Shown piece after piece: positions 55,546-64,000 of a stretch of 64,000 bases of DNA; the first letter of the stretch is position 1; every line of letters starts with the position of its first letter. The position numbers and the translations under genes are program-made. The stretch lies in contig JBBCGM010000002.1 in the NCBI GenBank assembly GCA_037201605.1, positions 208,697-272,696 of the forward strand, in the 5' to 3' direction. The stretch comes from Candidatus Moraniibacteriota bacterium. GTDB lineage: Bacteria > Patescibacteriota > Minisyncoccia > Moranbacterales > UBA1568. The notes beneath the pieces were generated by a model. That model was not told the origin of the DNA, did no database searches, and saw only the letters and a program-made list of their open reading frames with translations.

Positions 55546-57298
55546 TGAGTGCTAAGCGTGATGAGATTGTTCAAGCTGGTTGCGCCTGTGCCGCCGTTCG
55601 CTACGGCTATCGTCGTGCCATTCCAAACGCCACTGGTAATAGTGCCGACCGTTGTGATATCGGTGAGATTGCCGCTTGTGATAATCGTTCCGGAAACATT
55701 CGGGAAATTGATAGCCCGATCAGCCGTTGGGTCCACGACGCCAAGAGTAGTTTTCAAAACCGTTCGCCGTCGCTCCCTCAAAGGCAACTGTCGAGGCAGA
55801 GACATCGAAAAAGAAACCGGTATCGGTGGTTGATCCACCGACGACCAAGTCGTCGGCCGTGTCGGTCAGATACGTGTATGATCCGGCGCTGGTCCAGTCG
55901 CTGGTGCCGCAGTTTTATTGGAACAGACCAGGTTTCCGATGTAGCATTCCACGCAAGCACCTGATCATTACTGCAGCCACCGATCAGACGGAGTCCGCTC
56001 GGCGTCGTTTCGAGACCGGAATTGGAAGCAGCAGTAGCGGTCGTACCGGTCGTAGTGACATCAAGACCAATAGTGATGAGGCCGGGACTATTGGTAATGT
56101 CGATACCGTCAGCGGGATCAAGCGTATTGAGCGTAAAGCCGCTGCCGTTGCCAATAGGGATCGAGCCATTGCTCGCCGATGAAGCATCTAGGCCAGTGCC
56201 ACCGCGCACCGGACTGAGCTGGGCTTCACTGCCGAGCGAGCTGGTTCCGCTCCAGTACGTCACATACCCAGTCGTACCCGTACCAGTGAGTCCTGCTGAA
56301 AAGCTCGCGCATTCCAGATATTGCTCGCATCATTCCATGCCAATCCCTGGCCGTTTGTACAGCCCTGGAGCAATGCTAATTGGTCCCCGTCCGGCCCGGC
56401 CAATTCGAAGCCGGAATACGAAGACGTAACGCCAGCACCGTCAGCAGTTTCCAAGAAGTCCACGCTGCCCGTTGAAATATCGCTAAAGGTGCTGCCATCG
56501 TTTGAAAACTGCCAGCTGCCGGTAGCGCCATTGTAACGGAGTGCCGGCGGATTATTCGCTGAAGAAACTGCCAAATCGAACGTACTATTCACGCCCGTAC
56601 CGTTGCCGATGGTAAATATTTCCGAATCTGTTCCGGTATCCGTGTTCTGCTCGTGTGCAAGACCCAGACGATCATCATTCCCCAGTACCAGTTCATCATC
56701 ACCATCTCCGGTCGGCAGCTGGTCGATCTCGATCTTACCGCCATTGCCGAGAATAACCAGATCACCTTCATTGGTACCGACGCTGCGTCCGTCAAGCGTC
56801 TGAGCGCTTTGTGCTGTTACCGCTGTCTGTGCAGTTCCAGCACTTATGGCACGGGGTACGGCACCCAGGTGCTTGCGAGGGACGATTTCCGAATCCGTTC
56901 CGATGCGCAAACCGATGTAGTAATTCCCCGTTGTGAAATCGATGCTCGCCGGAAGCGGATTGGCCGTCCCGAGCGAAACGCGAAAAATACCGTTCTGAAC
57001 CGTAATCGTTTGGTTTCCTCCCACAAACTGGCATCAGCGTTTGAAGGATAAGGGTCAGCCGTAGTGCGGTCGGTAGCGTAGAGTGCAAAGCGAACTTCAT
57101 AATCACCATTGGGGATAAGATGATTTTCTTTATCAAAAGGCTTGCAGAGAGAGAAATTTGGTTAATTGAGTTCTCGGCAGACTGAGCAAAAACAGGTCGC
57201 AGGCTATATTGCCACCCCATGAGCATCCCCATCACCAGAGTGATTATCAGGGAAGTGTATGCTGTTTTTCGATTTTTGTTTTTTACATATTCCGGCAT
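53937..57298 (-). CDS. Giant tail-fibre-like surface protein, 5' third including the signal peptide; heavily frameshifted (more than 10 indels)
   Basis: ATG 57298 gives MPEYVKNKNRKTAYTSLIITLVMGMLMGWQYSLRPVFAQSAENS (signal peptide). Fragments 56792..57298, 56260..57024, 55778..56263, 54864..55838, 54060..54857 and 54005..54295 continue one another in shifting frames. One example is KPFDKENHLIPNGDYEVRFALYATDRTTADPYPSNADASLWEET then TITVQNGIFRVSLGTANPLP. Confidence 0.7.
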
Positions 57299-57324
57299 CT
57301 CAGTTCAGACGGATTTGTACTTAA

Positions 57325-57350
57325 ATTATAGCACGTTTCCTCTCTGTCAA
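57325..57350 (-). promoter_or_regulatory. Candidate promoter of the giant gene (extended -10)
   Basis: The minus strand reads TTGACA (57350-45), 14 nt, then TGcTATAAT (57333-25), 26 nt before ATG 57298. The -35 spacing is short, so the extended -10 is the likely functional element. Confidence 0.5.
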
Positions 57351-57354
57351 ACAG

Positions 57355-58097
57355 CTAATTTTTGGCTATAGCCCAACCAAAAACCTGACCAATGGCATCC
57401 GCAATCAAATCGAAAAGTGAAACCGATTTGGTGCCTGTGTAAACGGCATAACTGTCGCTCGTACTTTGCCCTCCCGACCGGTCTTCGGAGGTAATCGCAT
57501 AGACGTAGGTAGAGGCCACATCCAGATCGGACAGGACGACCGTGTGATTGAAGGAGTAGTCGCTTTCCGAAAGACTTTTATCCAGATTGGCGCGGGTTTT
57601 TTCCATAGCGTACCTGGGACTTAGCGAGCTTGTTGGTATTCCAGGTGATCACCACCTTGACGCTCCCATCCTTTTCGCTAAAGGCTTCGCCGCGCACCAG
57701 TGAAAGCGCGAGTGGGAGCGGCTGTTCATCGGAAACAAGGAACATACCTTCCCCGCGATAGCGATATCGGCCATACGAAAATTCTCACTTTTGTAGGCAA
57801 GGTCCGGCACGTTTTTCGTTTGGGATTCAGCAGTCAGATTTGCTGAAGCGTCTGTAGTAAAATTCGGCAGTTCTCCTGCCGGCGCAGGAGCAGCGGAATC
57901 AACCAGATCATCGGGTGCAGCCGGAGTTTCGACCGGGCGCCAGAAGTACCAAGCGAAACCGCCGCCCAAAAGGAGGAGAAGTAGCAAAATAGGAATCCAG
58001 AGAAGACGCCGGCGGAAAGGTCGGTTTTGGCTTGGTTGAAAGGGCGGAACGGCAATTGAGATTCCGCAGTAGAGGGCGAATTTGAATCCGAAGCCAT
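57355..58097 (-). CDS. Membrane-anchored protein with an Fn3/Ig-like C-terminal domain; at least 3 frameshifts, start uncertain
   Basis: Fragments 57834..58124, 57649..58254 and 57355..57606 chain together: RRRLLWIPILLLLLLLGGGFAWYFW (TM), PDLAYKSENFRMADIAIAG, (shift) EGMFLVSDEQPLPLALSLVRGEAFSEKDGSVKVVITWNTNKLAKSQVRYG, then (shift at an A-run) ...ANLDKSLSESDYSFNHTVVLSDLDVASTYVYAITSEDRSGG. Confidence 0.4.
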
Positions 58098-58235
58098 AGG
58101 GCGAGGGAAGCCGGGAAAAAGCAATAAAAAGCATTGCGTACAAAAGTAATTTTACCATAAAAAGGCTTCCTCCGAAACTTTTTTTCGGGTTTGCTGAAAG
58201 AGAAGCTTCGCGTATACTGCAAGCAACTTCCTCGT

Positions 58236-59335
58236 ATGCCAAACCACGACGCACATCGCTTCATCGTCATCATGGCCGCGGCTCCGGTACCCGTTTATGG
58301 CCACTTTCGAGACGCACCAAACCTAAGCAGTTTCAAAAACTGATAAGCGACAAAACACTTTTGCGGGAAACATTTGAACGCGCTCTACGCGTTGTCTCCA
58401 CAGAACAGATCTTCGTCTCCACAACGCGTGCCTATGCCACCGAAGTGCTTCAGGAATTACCGGAGATAAGCCAAAATCAGCTTATCCTGGAACCCGAAGC
58501 CCGCAACACGGCCGCCGCTATCGGCCTCGTCGCTACCTGTCTTTTGGCAAGAGATCCAGAAGCGCTGGTAGCGACCATTGCATCCGACCATGCCATTCAT
58601 AATCCAGAAATGTTCGTCTCCGCGCTCGAAAGCGCTTTTTCTGCGGTCACTGCTCGTCCGGAAGCACTCGCCACCGTCGGCATCAATCCAACCAAACCCG
58701 ACACGGGACTGGGCTACATCAAGATGGGCCAAGAACAAGGCGTCGCTTCCGGCGCGCGCATTTTTTCTGTCGAAGAGTTCAAAGAAAAACCGGACCGAGA
58801 GACAGCCGAGAGCTACATCGCCGACTGGGCGCTATCTGTGGAATGCCGGCTACTTTATCTTTTTCGCCAAAACCTTTGCTCTCTGGACGAAAAACTTCGC
58901 TCCGGACCTCGCTCAAACACTTCAAGCTATTGTGGCCCTGCCCGAAGACGCTTCGGAAAAAATTCTCACGCTCTATAAGACGCTTCCTAAAGAAGCAATC
59001 GAGCCGCTCATCATCGAACGGCTTTCTGAAAACGAGAGACTCGTTATACCAAGCGCGCTACGCTGGAGCGACGTCGGCAATTGGAATACGCTCCATGAAT
59101 TCTTGAAGGCGGAAAAAAACCTTTCGGTCATTCTACCGAAAGGTGCAGTGGACCTGGGGAGTGAGAATATCCTGGTACAAAGCAACAAAAAATCGTCGCT
59201 ACTCTGGGACTGAAAGATGTGGTTATCATCGACACGCCTGACGCACTCTTGATAGCCGACAAGCACCTGTCGGAATCAGAAATGAAAAAACTCCTCGAAA
59301 AAATCGAGGAGGAACGTCCTGGAGAATTTCTCTGA
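58236..59335 (+). CDS. manC: Mannose-1-phosphate guanylyltransferase (GDP-mannose pyrophosphorylase); 3 frameshifts
   Basis: MPNHDAHRFIVIMA is followed, after a shift at ~58278, by GSGTRLWPLSRRTKPKQFQKLISDKTLLRETFERA. Further motifs are EPEARNTAAAIGL, SDHAI, GINPTKPDTGLGYIK and EKPDRETAESYIA. After a shift at ~58830 it reads YLWNAGYFIFFAKTF...RWSDVGNW. After a shift at the A6 run 59187-92 it reads IVATLGLKDVVIIDTPDALLIADKH. The stop is at 59333-35. Confidence 0.85.
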
Positions 59336-59344
59336 TCACCACCT

Positions 59345-60310
59345 TTACGAAGAGGGAGAAAAACGCTTGAAAAACGCTTGGAGCTCTTCCTCTGAATAGT
59401 ATTCGATGCTGATTTTACCGCCCTTGCCCGAGGGCGTTATTTTGACTTTGGTACCCAGAAGCTGTCCCAGCTCATCAGCCTGGCGCAACAGCGCCGCTGC
59501 TTCGGGACGCAGCGTCCGCGTGTGTGAAGAAACGGCGACGCTCTTCACCCGGCTCTCGGTCTCACGTACCGTCAGCTCTTCTTTAATAATGAGATCGAAC
59601 ACGGCGCGCTGCTTCTCAGGATTCTCAATGGCAAGCAACGCCTTGGCATGACCTTCGGAAATACGCCCGTCGCCTACGGCGCGCTGAATCTCAACGGGCA
59701 ACTGCAACAGACGGATGGTATTAGCGATGGCGCTCCGGCTCCGGCCCATTTTTTTGGCGACCGCTGCCTGATCCAATCCGAACTCATGGCTCAAGCGCTG
59801 GTAGGCTTTGGCCTCCTCGATAGGGTTCAGATTATGGCGCTGAATGTTCTCGATGATGGCAAGCTCCAACTTCTCGCGACCGGAAGCATTGCGCACGATG
59901 ACCGGTACGCTTTCCAGCCCCAGTTTTTTCGCAGCCTGAAAACGGCGCTCGCCGGCGATCAGTTCATATTGGCTCCCCGACTGGGTAACGACAAGCGGCT
60001 GCAGAATGCCGTGCTCACGGATAGAGTCGGCAAGTTCTGTGAGTTTGGCATCGTCGAAATGAAGGCGCGGCTGCTCGGGATTGGGAACGATCGCGCTTAC
60101 TGGCACTTGCTGGACCGTCGTGCCCGAATCAGCGGGCGCCTCAGATGCTTTCGGGACCTGCAGAGCGGCATCTTTTTTCTCGTAGATAAAAGTTTCCCGA
60201 GGCACCTCGCGCTCTGCCGTCATTTCGGCATCAGTAGGAGCGGCGCTCTCCGATTTTTTGGGCGGAATAAGAGAAGCGAGTCCCCTGCCCAGTCCGTATT
60301 GCTGTGCCAT
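59345..60310 (-). CDS. parB: Chromosome partitioning protein ParB/Spo0J
   Basis: MAQQYGLGRGLASLIP, the ParB box GILQPLVV...YELIAGERRFQAAKKLGL and an HTH (QAAVAKKMGRSRSAIANTIRLL) are present. The ORF is intact at 321 aa. Confidence 0.92.
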   Translation of the reverse strand: MAQQYGLGRGLASLIPPKKSESAAPTDAEMTAEREVPRETFIYEKKDAALQVPKASEAPADSGTTVQQVPVSAIVPNPEQPRLHFDDAKLTELADSIREHGILQPLVVTQSGSQYELIAGERRFQAAKKLGLESVPVIVRNASGREKLELAIIENIQRHNLNPIEEAKAYQRLSHEFGLDQAAVAKKMGRSRSAIANTIRLLQLPVEIQRAVGDGRISEGHAKALLAIENPEKQRAVFDLIIKEELTVRETESRVKSVAVSSHTRTLRPEAAALLRQADELGQLLGTKVKITPSGKGGKISIEYYSEEELQAFFKRFSPSS

Positions 60311-60315
60311 ACCGT

Positions 60316-61113
60316 TTAGATAATTTTTCGTTTCTTTTCTTCTTGCTGTTCCTCTGCCTCGCGAGCGATAATTTCGCGCGCGACGCCTTTATAGGCGCGG
60401 GCACCCTTGGAGAGTGCGTCGAAATCAAGAATGGATTTGCCGAAACTCGGCGCTTCTGCCAGGCGCACCGAGCGCGGGATGAGGCTTTCGAAGACCGGTC
60501 CGGAAAATGCGTGCGCACTTCGGATACCACTTGGCGGGCCAGCCGATTGCGCCGATCGTAGAGCGTAGGAGGGCGCCCATGATTTTCAGGTTCGGCTGTA
60601 AATGTTCGCGCACCAATTCGATGGTACCCAAAAGTTGTGACAGTCCCTCAAGAGCATAATACTCGGTCTGTACCGGAATGACTACTTCATCGGAGCCACC
60701 AGTCCGTTATAGTCAGGAGTCCCAAAGAAGGCGGGGCTATCTATCAGAATGTAGTCGTAGTACGGTCGGATCTGGCGCAGCACGCTGTGCAGACGGAACT
60801 CGCGATTTTCCAAATGTACCATCTCGATTTCGGCGCCAGCCAAATCCTGAGCCGCAGGGATGATATGAAAATTTTCCGGATCGGTACGCAGAATAATCTC
60901 CTGGGGCGCGAGCCCTAGAATCATAGCGTGGTAGAGATTCTTTTCAATCCGGCGCGCATCGATACCGATGCCGCTTGATGCATTGCCCTGCGGATCAAGA
61001 TCAACGAGAAGCACCTTGCGCCCCATTTCCGCCAAAAAACGGGCCACATTGATAGTGGAGGTAGTCTTGCCGACACCGCCTTTTTGATTTACAAAACCGA
61101 TAATTTTAGCCAT
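60316..61113 (-). CDS. parA: Chromosome partitioning ATPase ParA/Soj; at least 5 frameshifts
   Basis: [24 protein letters not shown] (deviant Walker A) and [14 protein letters not shown] are present. After ...YILIDSP the frame must shift repeatedly to read [80 protein letters not shown] and [26 protein letters not shown]...KKRKII. The stop is at 60318-16. Every shift is at a short homopolymer. Confidence 0.85.
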
Positions 61114-61121
61114 GTACACGC

Positions 61122-61150
61122 AGTATATTGCATTGACACAGAGGAATCAA
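61122..61150 (-). promoter_or_regulatory. Candidate parAB promoter giving a leaderless or near-leaderless mRNA
   Basis: Minus strand: TTGATT (61150-45), a 17-nt spacer, TATACT (61127-22), then 8 nt to the ATG (61113). Confidence 0.4.
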
Positions 61151-61202
61151 TTGCGTATCCTACTCCCATATTCTTGGCTTAGGAAAAGCAATTTTACTCC
61201 AC

Positions 61203-61285
61203 GCCGGGGTGGTGGAATGGTAGACACAGAAGACTCAAAATCTTCCGAGAGCAATCTCATGAGGGTTCAAGTCCCTCCCCCGGCA
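61203..61285 (+). tRNA. tRNA-Leu (anticodon CAA)
   Basis: The sequence is GCCGGGGTGGTGGAATGGTAGACACAGAAGACTCAAAATCTTCCGAGAGCAATCTCATGAGGGTTCAAGTCCCTCCCCCGGCA. The acceptor stem is GCCGGGG/CCCCGGC, the anticodon stem GAAGA/TCTTC with loop CTCAAAA, and there is a long variable arm. A possible promoter is TTGACA (61133-38), 17 nt, then TATCCT. Confidence 0.93.
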
Positions 61286-61294
61286 CATTTTGAA

Positions 61295-61320
61295 GAATTA
61301 CGTAATAAATTACGTAATTC
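61295..61320. terminator. Perfect 12-bp inverted repeat between tRNA-Leu and folD (possible bidirectional terminator)
   Basis: gaattacgtaat (61295-306), aa, then attacgtaattc (61309-320). It overlaps the folD stop codon (61312-10). The stem is AT-rich, so its function is uncertain. Confidence 0.35.
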
Positions 61321-62167
61321 GATATGCCGCTTCACGAGCAGCGGCTTCCGTTACACGGGCCAAAAGAAGGGCCACCGTGACCGGGCCGACGCCGCCAGGC
61401 ACGGGCGTGTTAAAAACCCTTCTTCTCAGCGAGTCCCACGGGGTCTACATCGCCCTGTACTCCGCTTTTGGTAGATACGATGCCGCCATCGATCACGATG
61501 GCGCCTTCTTTGAACATCTCCCCCTTGAGAAGATGCGGCTCTCCCAACGCCGTGACAATGACATCCGCCTGAGTCAAAAACGGGAGCGGGAGTTCGCGCA
61601 CGCTCTCCAGGACAGCCACATGAGTCTCCAGTCCGAGATGTTCCAACACTGCGCGCATCACATCTCCTAGAAGCGTTGATTTGGCGAGTACTAGTCCTCT
61701 TTTGCCGGTAAGTTCCTCTTCGTCTGCAGCTGATACGATCAATTCCCGCACGGCGCGCGGAAAGACCGGGAGAGAACGCTCGTCGCCTCCCAGAAAATTT
61801 TGGGAGCGTGGCCGGATGGAAACCGTCCGTATCTTTTTCCGGCAGAATAGCATCCACGAAACGGTCGGGGTCAAGCTGACGGGGCAACGGCAACTGCAGC
61901 ACGATGCCATGAATGTCCTCGCGATCATTGAGCGCATGAATGGCAAAAAGGAGCTCGCTTGCCGAAACATTTTCGGGAAAAAGCTGTTTCTCAACGCAAT
62001 GCCGACGCTTTTTGCCTGGCGCTCTTTGAGATTCACGTAGAGATGCGAGGGCGCATCAGTGCCCACCAAAAGCACGGCCAGTCCCGGTTGGATACCCTGA
62101 GCATGAGTATCTTCTTCGATTCTTCGGAGAATTTTTTCGCGAGCGGCTGGCCGAAGATTTTTTGCAT
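61310..62167 (-). CDS. folD: Bifunctional methylenetetrahydrofolate dehydrogenase/cyclohydrolase FolD; at least 4 frameshifts
   Basis: Frame-corrected, the gene reads MQKIFGQPLAKKILRRIEEDTHAQGIQPGLAVLLVGTDAPSHLYVNLKERQAKSVGI...ENVSASELLFAIHALNDREDIHGIVLQLPLPRQLDPDRFVDAILPEKDTDGFHP...GKRGLVLAKSTLLG...ADVIVTALGEPHLLKGEMFKEGAIVIDGG...GDVDP...TPVPGGVGPVTVALLL. The last shift is at the A5 run 61412-16. Confidence 0.85.
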
Positions 62168-62173
62168 ACTTTC

Positions 62174-62939
62174 TTAGAGGAAAAAGAGGAAGAACACGAT
62201 AGCTACCAGCATCCGGTAAATACCAAAGGAGACAAAAGTGTGTTTTTTGGAAAAGCTGATGAGAAAGCGCACGGCAAGGAGCGGGCGATCAGGAAAGCGG
62301 CGACAAATCCCGTAGCGAGAAGCAGGACTTCTTGGGACGTCCAGACAAACGTACTTGAGAAAGGTCGAAGACCGACGCGGCCAAGCATGGTCGGGACGCC
62401 AGAAGAAACGAGAATTCCACAATCACGGAGCGCTCAAAACCAAAGGCGAGTCCGCCTAAGATCGTAGCGGCGGCGCGGGGAAACGCCGGGGATAACGGCA
62501 AAGGCCTGGCAAATACCTACCAGGAAAGCCTGTCGGTAGCTCACGCCTTCGAGGGTGCGTACGCTTTTCGGCTTCCCCTGCTGAAACGTTCCAGCCCGAT
62601 CATCAGGATACCGCCCACAAAGAGCGCAACAACGACTACGAGCGGTGAGCGAAAAGGCTTTTGATGAAGCGGGTAGAAGAGACTTCCGACGATAAGCGAT
62701 GGGACAAGCGCTACTACCAGCGCTTATTGAGCTGCAATCGCGAGTTAAGCGGCGGAAGTAGAGCGCTACTACCGCCAGAATAGCTCCCAGCTGGATCACC
62801 ACTTCGAAAGTCGAAGGAAAGCGGAACCGGTAAGCCCCAGGATTTCCGATACCAAAATCAAGTGGCCGGTCGAAGAGACGGGCAGGAATTCCGTCAGGCC
62901 TTCGACGATACCGAGAATGAGGGCATCGAGAAAATGCAT
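62174..62939 (-). CDS. uppP: Undecaprenyl-diphosphate phosphatase (UppP/BacA); multiple frameshifts
   Basis: ATG 62939 gives [36 protein letters not shown]. Other frames then give [66 protein letters not shown] and a C-terminal [18 protein letters not shown]. Confidence 0.8.
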
Positions 62940-62942
62940 AGG

Positions 62943-63620
62943 CTAGAAGAGGCTTTGCGGCGAGCGCACGTCCGGACCCGGAAGCGGAGCGTGTTCGGTC
63001 TTGGCAGATTCCAAAAGCTTTTTATTCTCGTTGAGCTCGGCAAGGGTGTCCCAATCGCGGAATTCCGGATACGTTTCCAAGAGCTTTTCCAAAACCTCGA
63101 CCGTGACGCGCACATCGCCAGCGCCCGTATGCGCCGAGGCGTTGCTCCTTGCCAACGTAACGCTTGTAGGCAGCGGAGAGGTTGCGCGGCGCAAACATAT
63201 TGCGCGGTTCCTTGGCATGGTAAAGGATCTTGGCATCAAGGATCCTCTTGGCGAAAAATTGAAGCTTTTGCCCACGCTTGCGAATTCCCCGGTAAGAAAC
63301 GGCAGGTCGAAACCGATGATGTTAAAGCCCCCCACATCTGCTCCGTCGAACATATTCCAAAGAGTATAGGCATGCACGGCAAAACGCGGCTCATCGGCTA
63401 TATCGGCATCAAAGATATGATGGATGCGGCTCGCCTCCTCCGGAATAGGCATGCCGGGATTGAAGCGCTGGACGGCAGCTACTATCTGCCCGTCCGGCAT
63501 GATCTTCTCATAGGCAAGCTCGATGATGCGATCTTCGCCAATGCCGAGACCTGTTGTTTCAAGGTCGAAAATAATAAGCGGCCGCTCGAGCGGCAGATAG
63601 TCTGGGATGGAAGAGCGCAT
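62943..63620 (-). CDS. DEDD-family 3'-5' exonuclease (DNA polymerase III epsilon-like) with two compensating internal frameshifts
   Basis: Exo I is LIIFDLETTGL and Exo II is GFNIIGFDLPFL. The segment FSPRGSLMPRSFTMPRNRAICLRRATSPLPTSVTLARSNAS is out of frame; the alternative frame reads AKRILDAKILYHAKEPRNMFAPRNLSAAYKRYVGKEQRLG. The sequence then returns to AHTGAGDVRVTVEVL (Exo III H...D). Confidence 0.8.
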   Translation of the reverse strand: MRSSIPDYLPLERPLIIFDLETTGLGIGEDRIIELAYEKIMPDGQIVAAVQRFNPGMPIPEEASRIHHIFDADIADEPRFAVHAYTLWNMFDGADVGGFNIIGFDLPFLTGEFASVGKSFNFSPRGSLMPRSFTMPRNRAICLRRATSPLPTSVTLARSNASAHTGAGDVRVTVEVLEKLLETYPEFRDWDTLAELNENKKLLESAKTEHAPLPGPDVRSPQSLF

Positions 63621-63650
63621 GGCAGGAATGTTACAGACAGAATAGGGGCA

Positions 63651-64000
63651 TTATACCACGAGGCTCACCAGCTTTCCGGGTACGACAATCACTTTTCGGG
63701 GTGCATTCCCGCCGAGCAAAGCTTGGATTTTCGGCTGCCGGAGCGCTGCTTCTTCCAGTGCTTCACGTGACACATCAGGAGAAGCTTCAAATTGTGCACG
63801 GACCTTGCCATTCACCTGCACAACGATCGTCACTATTTCCTCTTGAATCTTGGAAGCGTCGTACTTGAAGGAAGATAGACTCTTTGTTACCGAGTCCTTC
63901 CCAAAGTTCCTCCGCTATATGCGGCGCGAACGGCGAGAGAAGAATAAGAAACGTCCTGAATATTTCCTGAGAAACATCCGGCTTCTTTTCCATTTCATTG
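63651..64000 (-). CDS. leuS: Leucine--tRNA ligase, 3' end (continues beyond the window); 1 frameshift
   Basis: ORF 63651..63833 ([29 protein letters not shown]...[14 protein letters not shown]) is the typical LeuRS C-terminal domain. ORF 63787..63993 ([27 protein letters not shown]) is the preceding anticodon-binding region in another frame. Confidence 0.85.

Noticed and set aside
37682-57298. Highly periodic repeats considered as a CRISPR array, and tail-fibre motifs considered as a prophage
   Set aside because: The periods are ~174 bp (FG-GAP) and 753 bp or other long coding modules. They are in frame and translate into coherent protein repeats, with no short repeat/unique-spacer pattern and no cas genes. 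No capsid, portal, terminase, tail tube, integrase or att-like flanks were found in the window, so a prophage is not supported.
62862-63770. 302-aa ORF on the + strand
   Set aside because: It is antisense to uppP, the DEDD exonuclease and leuS. It is open only because the opposite strand is coding.

Overview
This is a 64-kb fragment whose gene content and layout look like a small-genome Patescibacteria/CPR-type bacterium (inference only; no search was run). GC looks mid-50s % by eye.

Housekeeping genes: dprA-topA, a zur-ZIP metal operon, rel, pilB, groEL (no groES), ychF, phosphomannomutase, trpS, RNase J, PGI/PMI, a family-5 solute-binding protein, secG, ftsW/rodA, manC, parB-parA, folD, uppP, a DnaQ-like exonuclease and the 3' end of leuS. 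There are two tRNA-Leu genes.

The rRNA unit is 23S-5S only, with no 16S. It has its own promoter and a 21-bp flanking processing stem. The 23S is split by a 317-nt ORF-less group I intron at E. coli position 2593.

About half the window encodes huge repeat-rich surface proteins, all on the minus strand:
- Two tandem ~4-kb paralogues sit directly behind pilB. They share a 1,426-bp identical 5' module.
- A ~22-kb cluster holds a ~13.6-kb tail-fibre-like giant gene ending in a Peptidase_S74 self-cleaving chaperone domain, a 6-kb gene with 28 FG-GAP repeats, and a Wzy_C/TPR membrane protein. No phage genes are nearby. This cluster is the best candidate for an undescribed system, possibly an attachment apparatus.

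Major caveat: the sequence carries several dozen single-base indels, almost all in homopolymers. They break even essential genes (topA, ftsW, folD, uppP, parA, leuS) and are densest beyond ~54 kb. I treat split ORFs as single genes that are frameshifted in this assembly, most likely through sequencing error, not as true pseudogenes.
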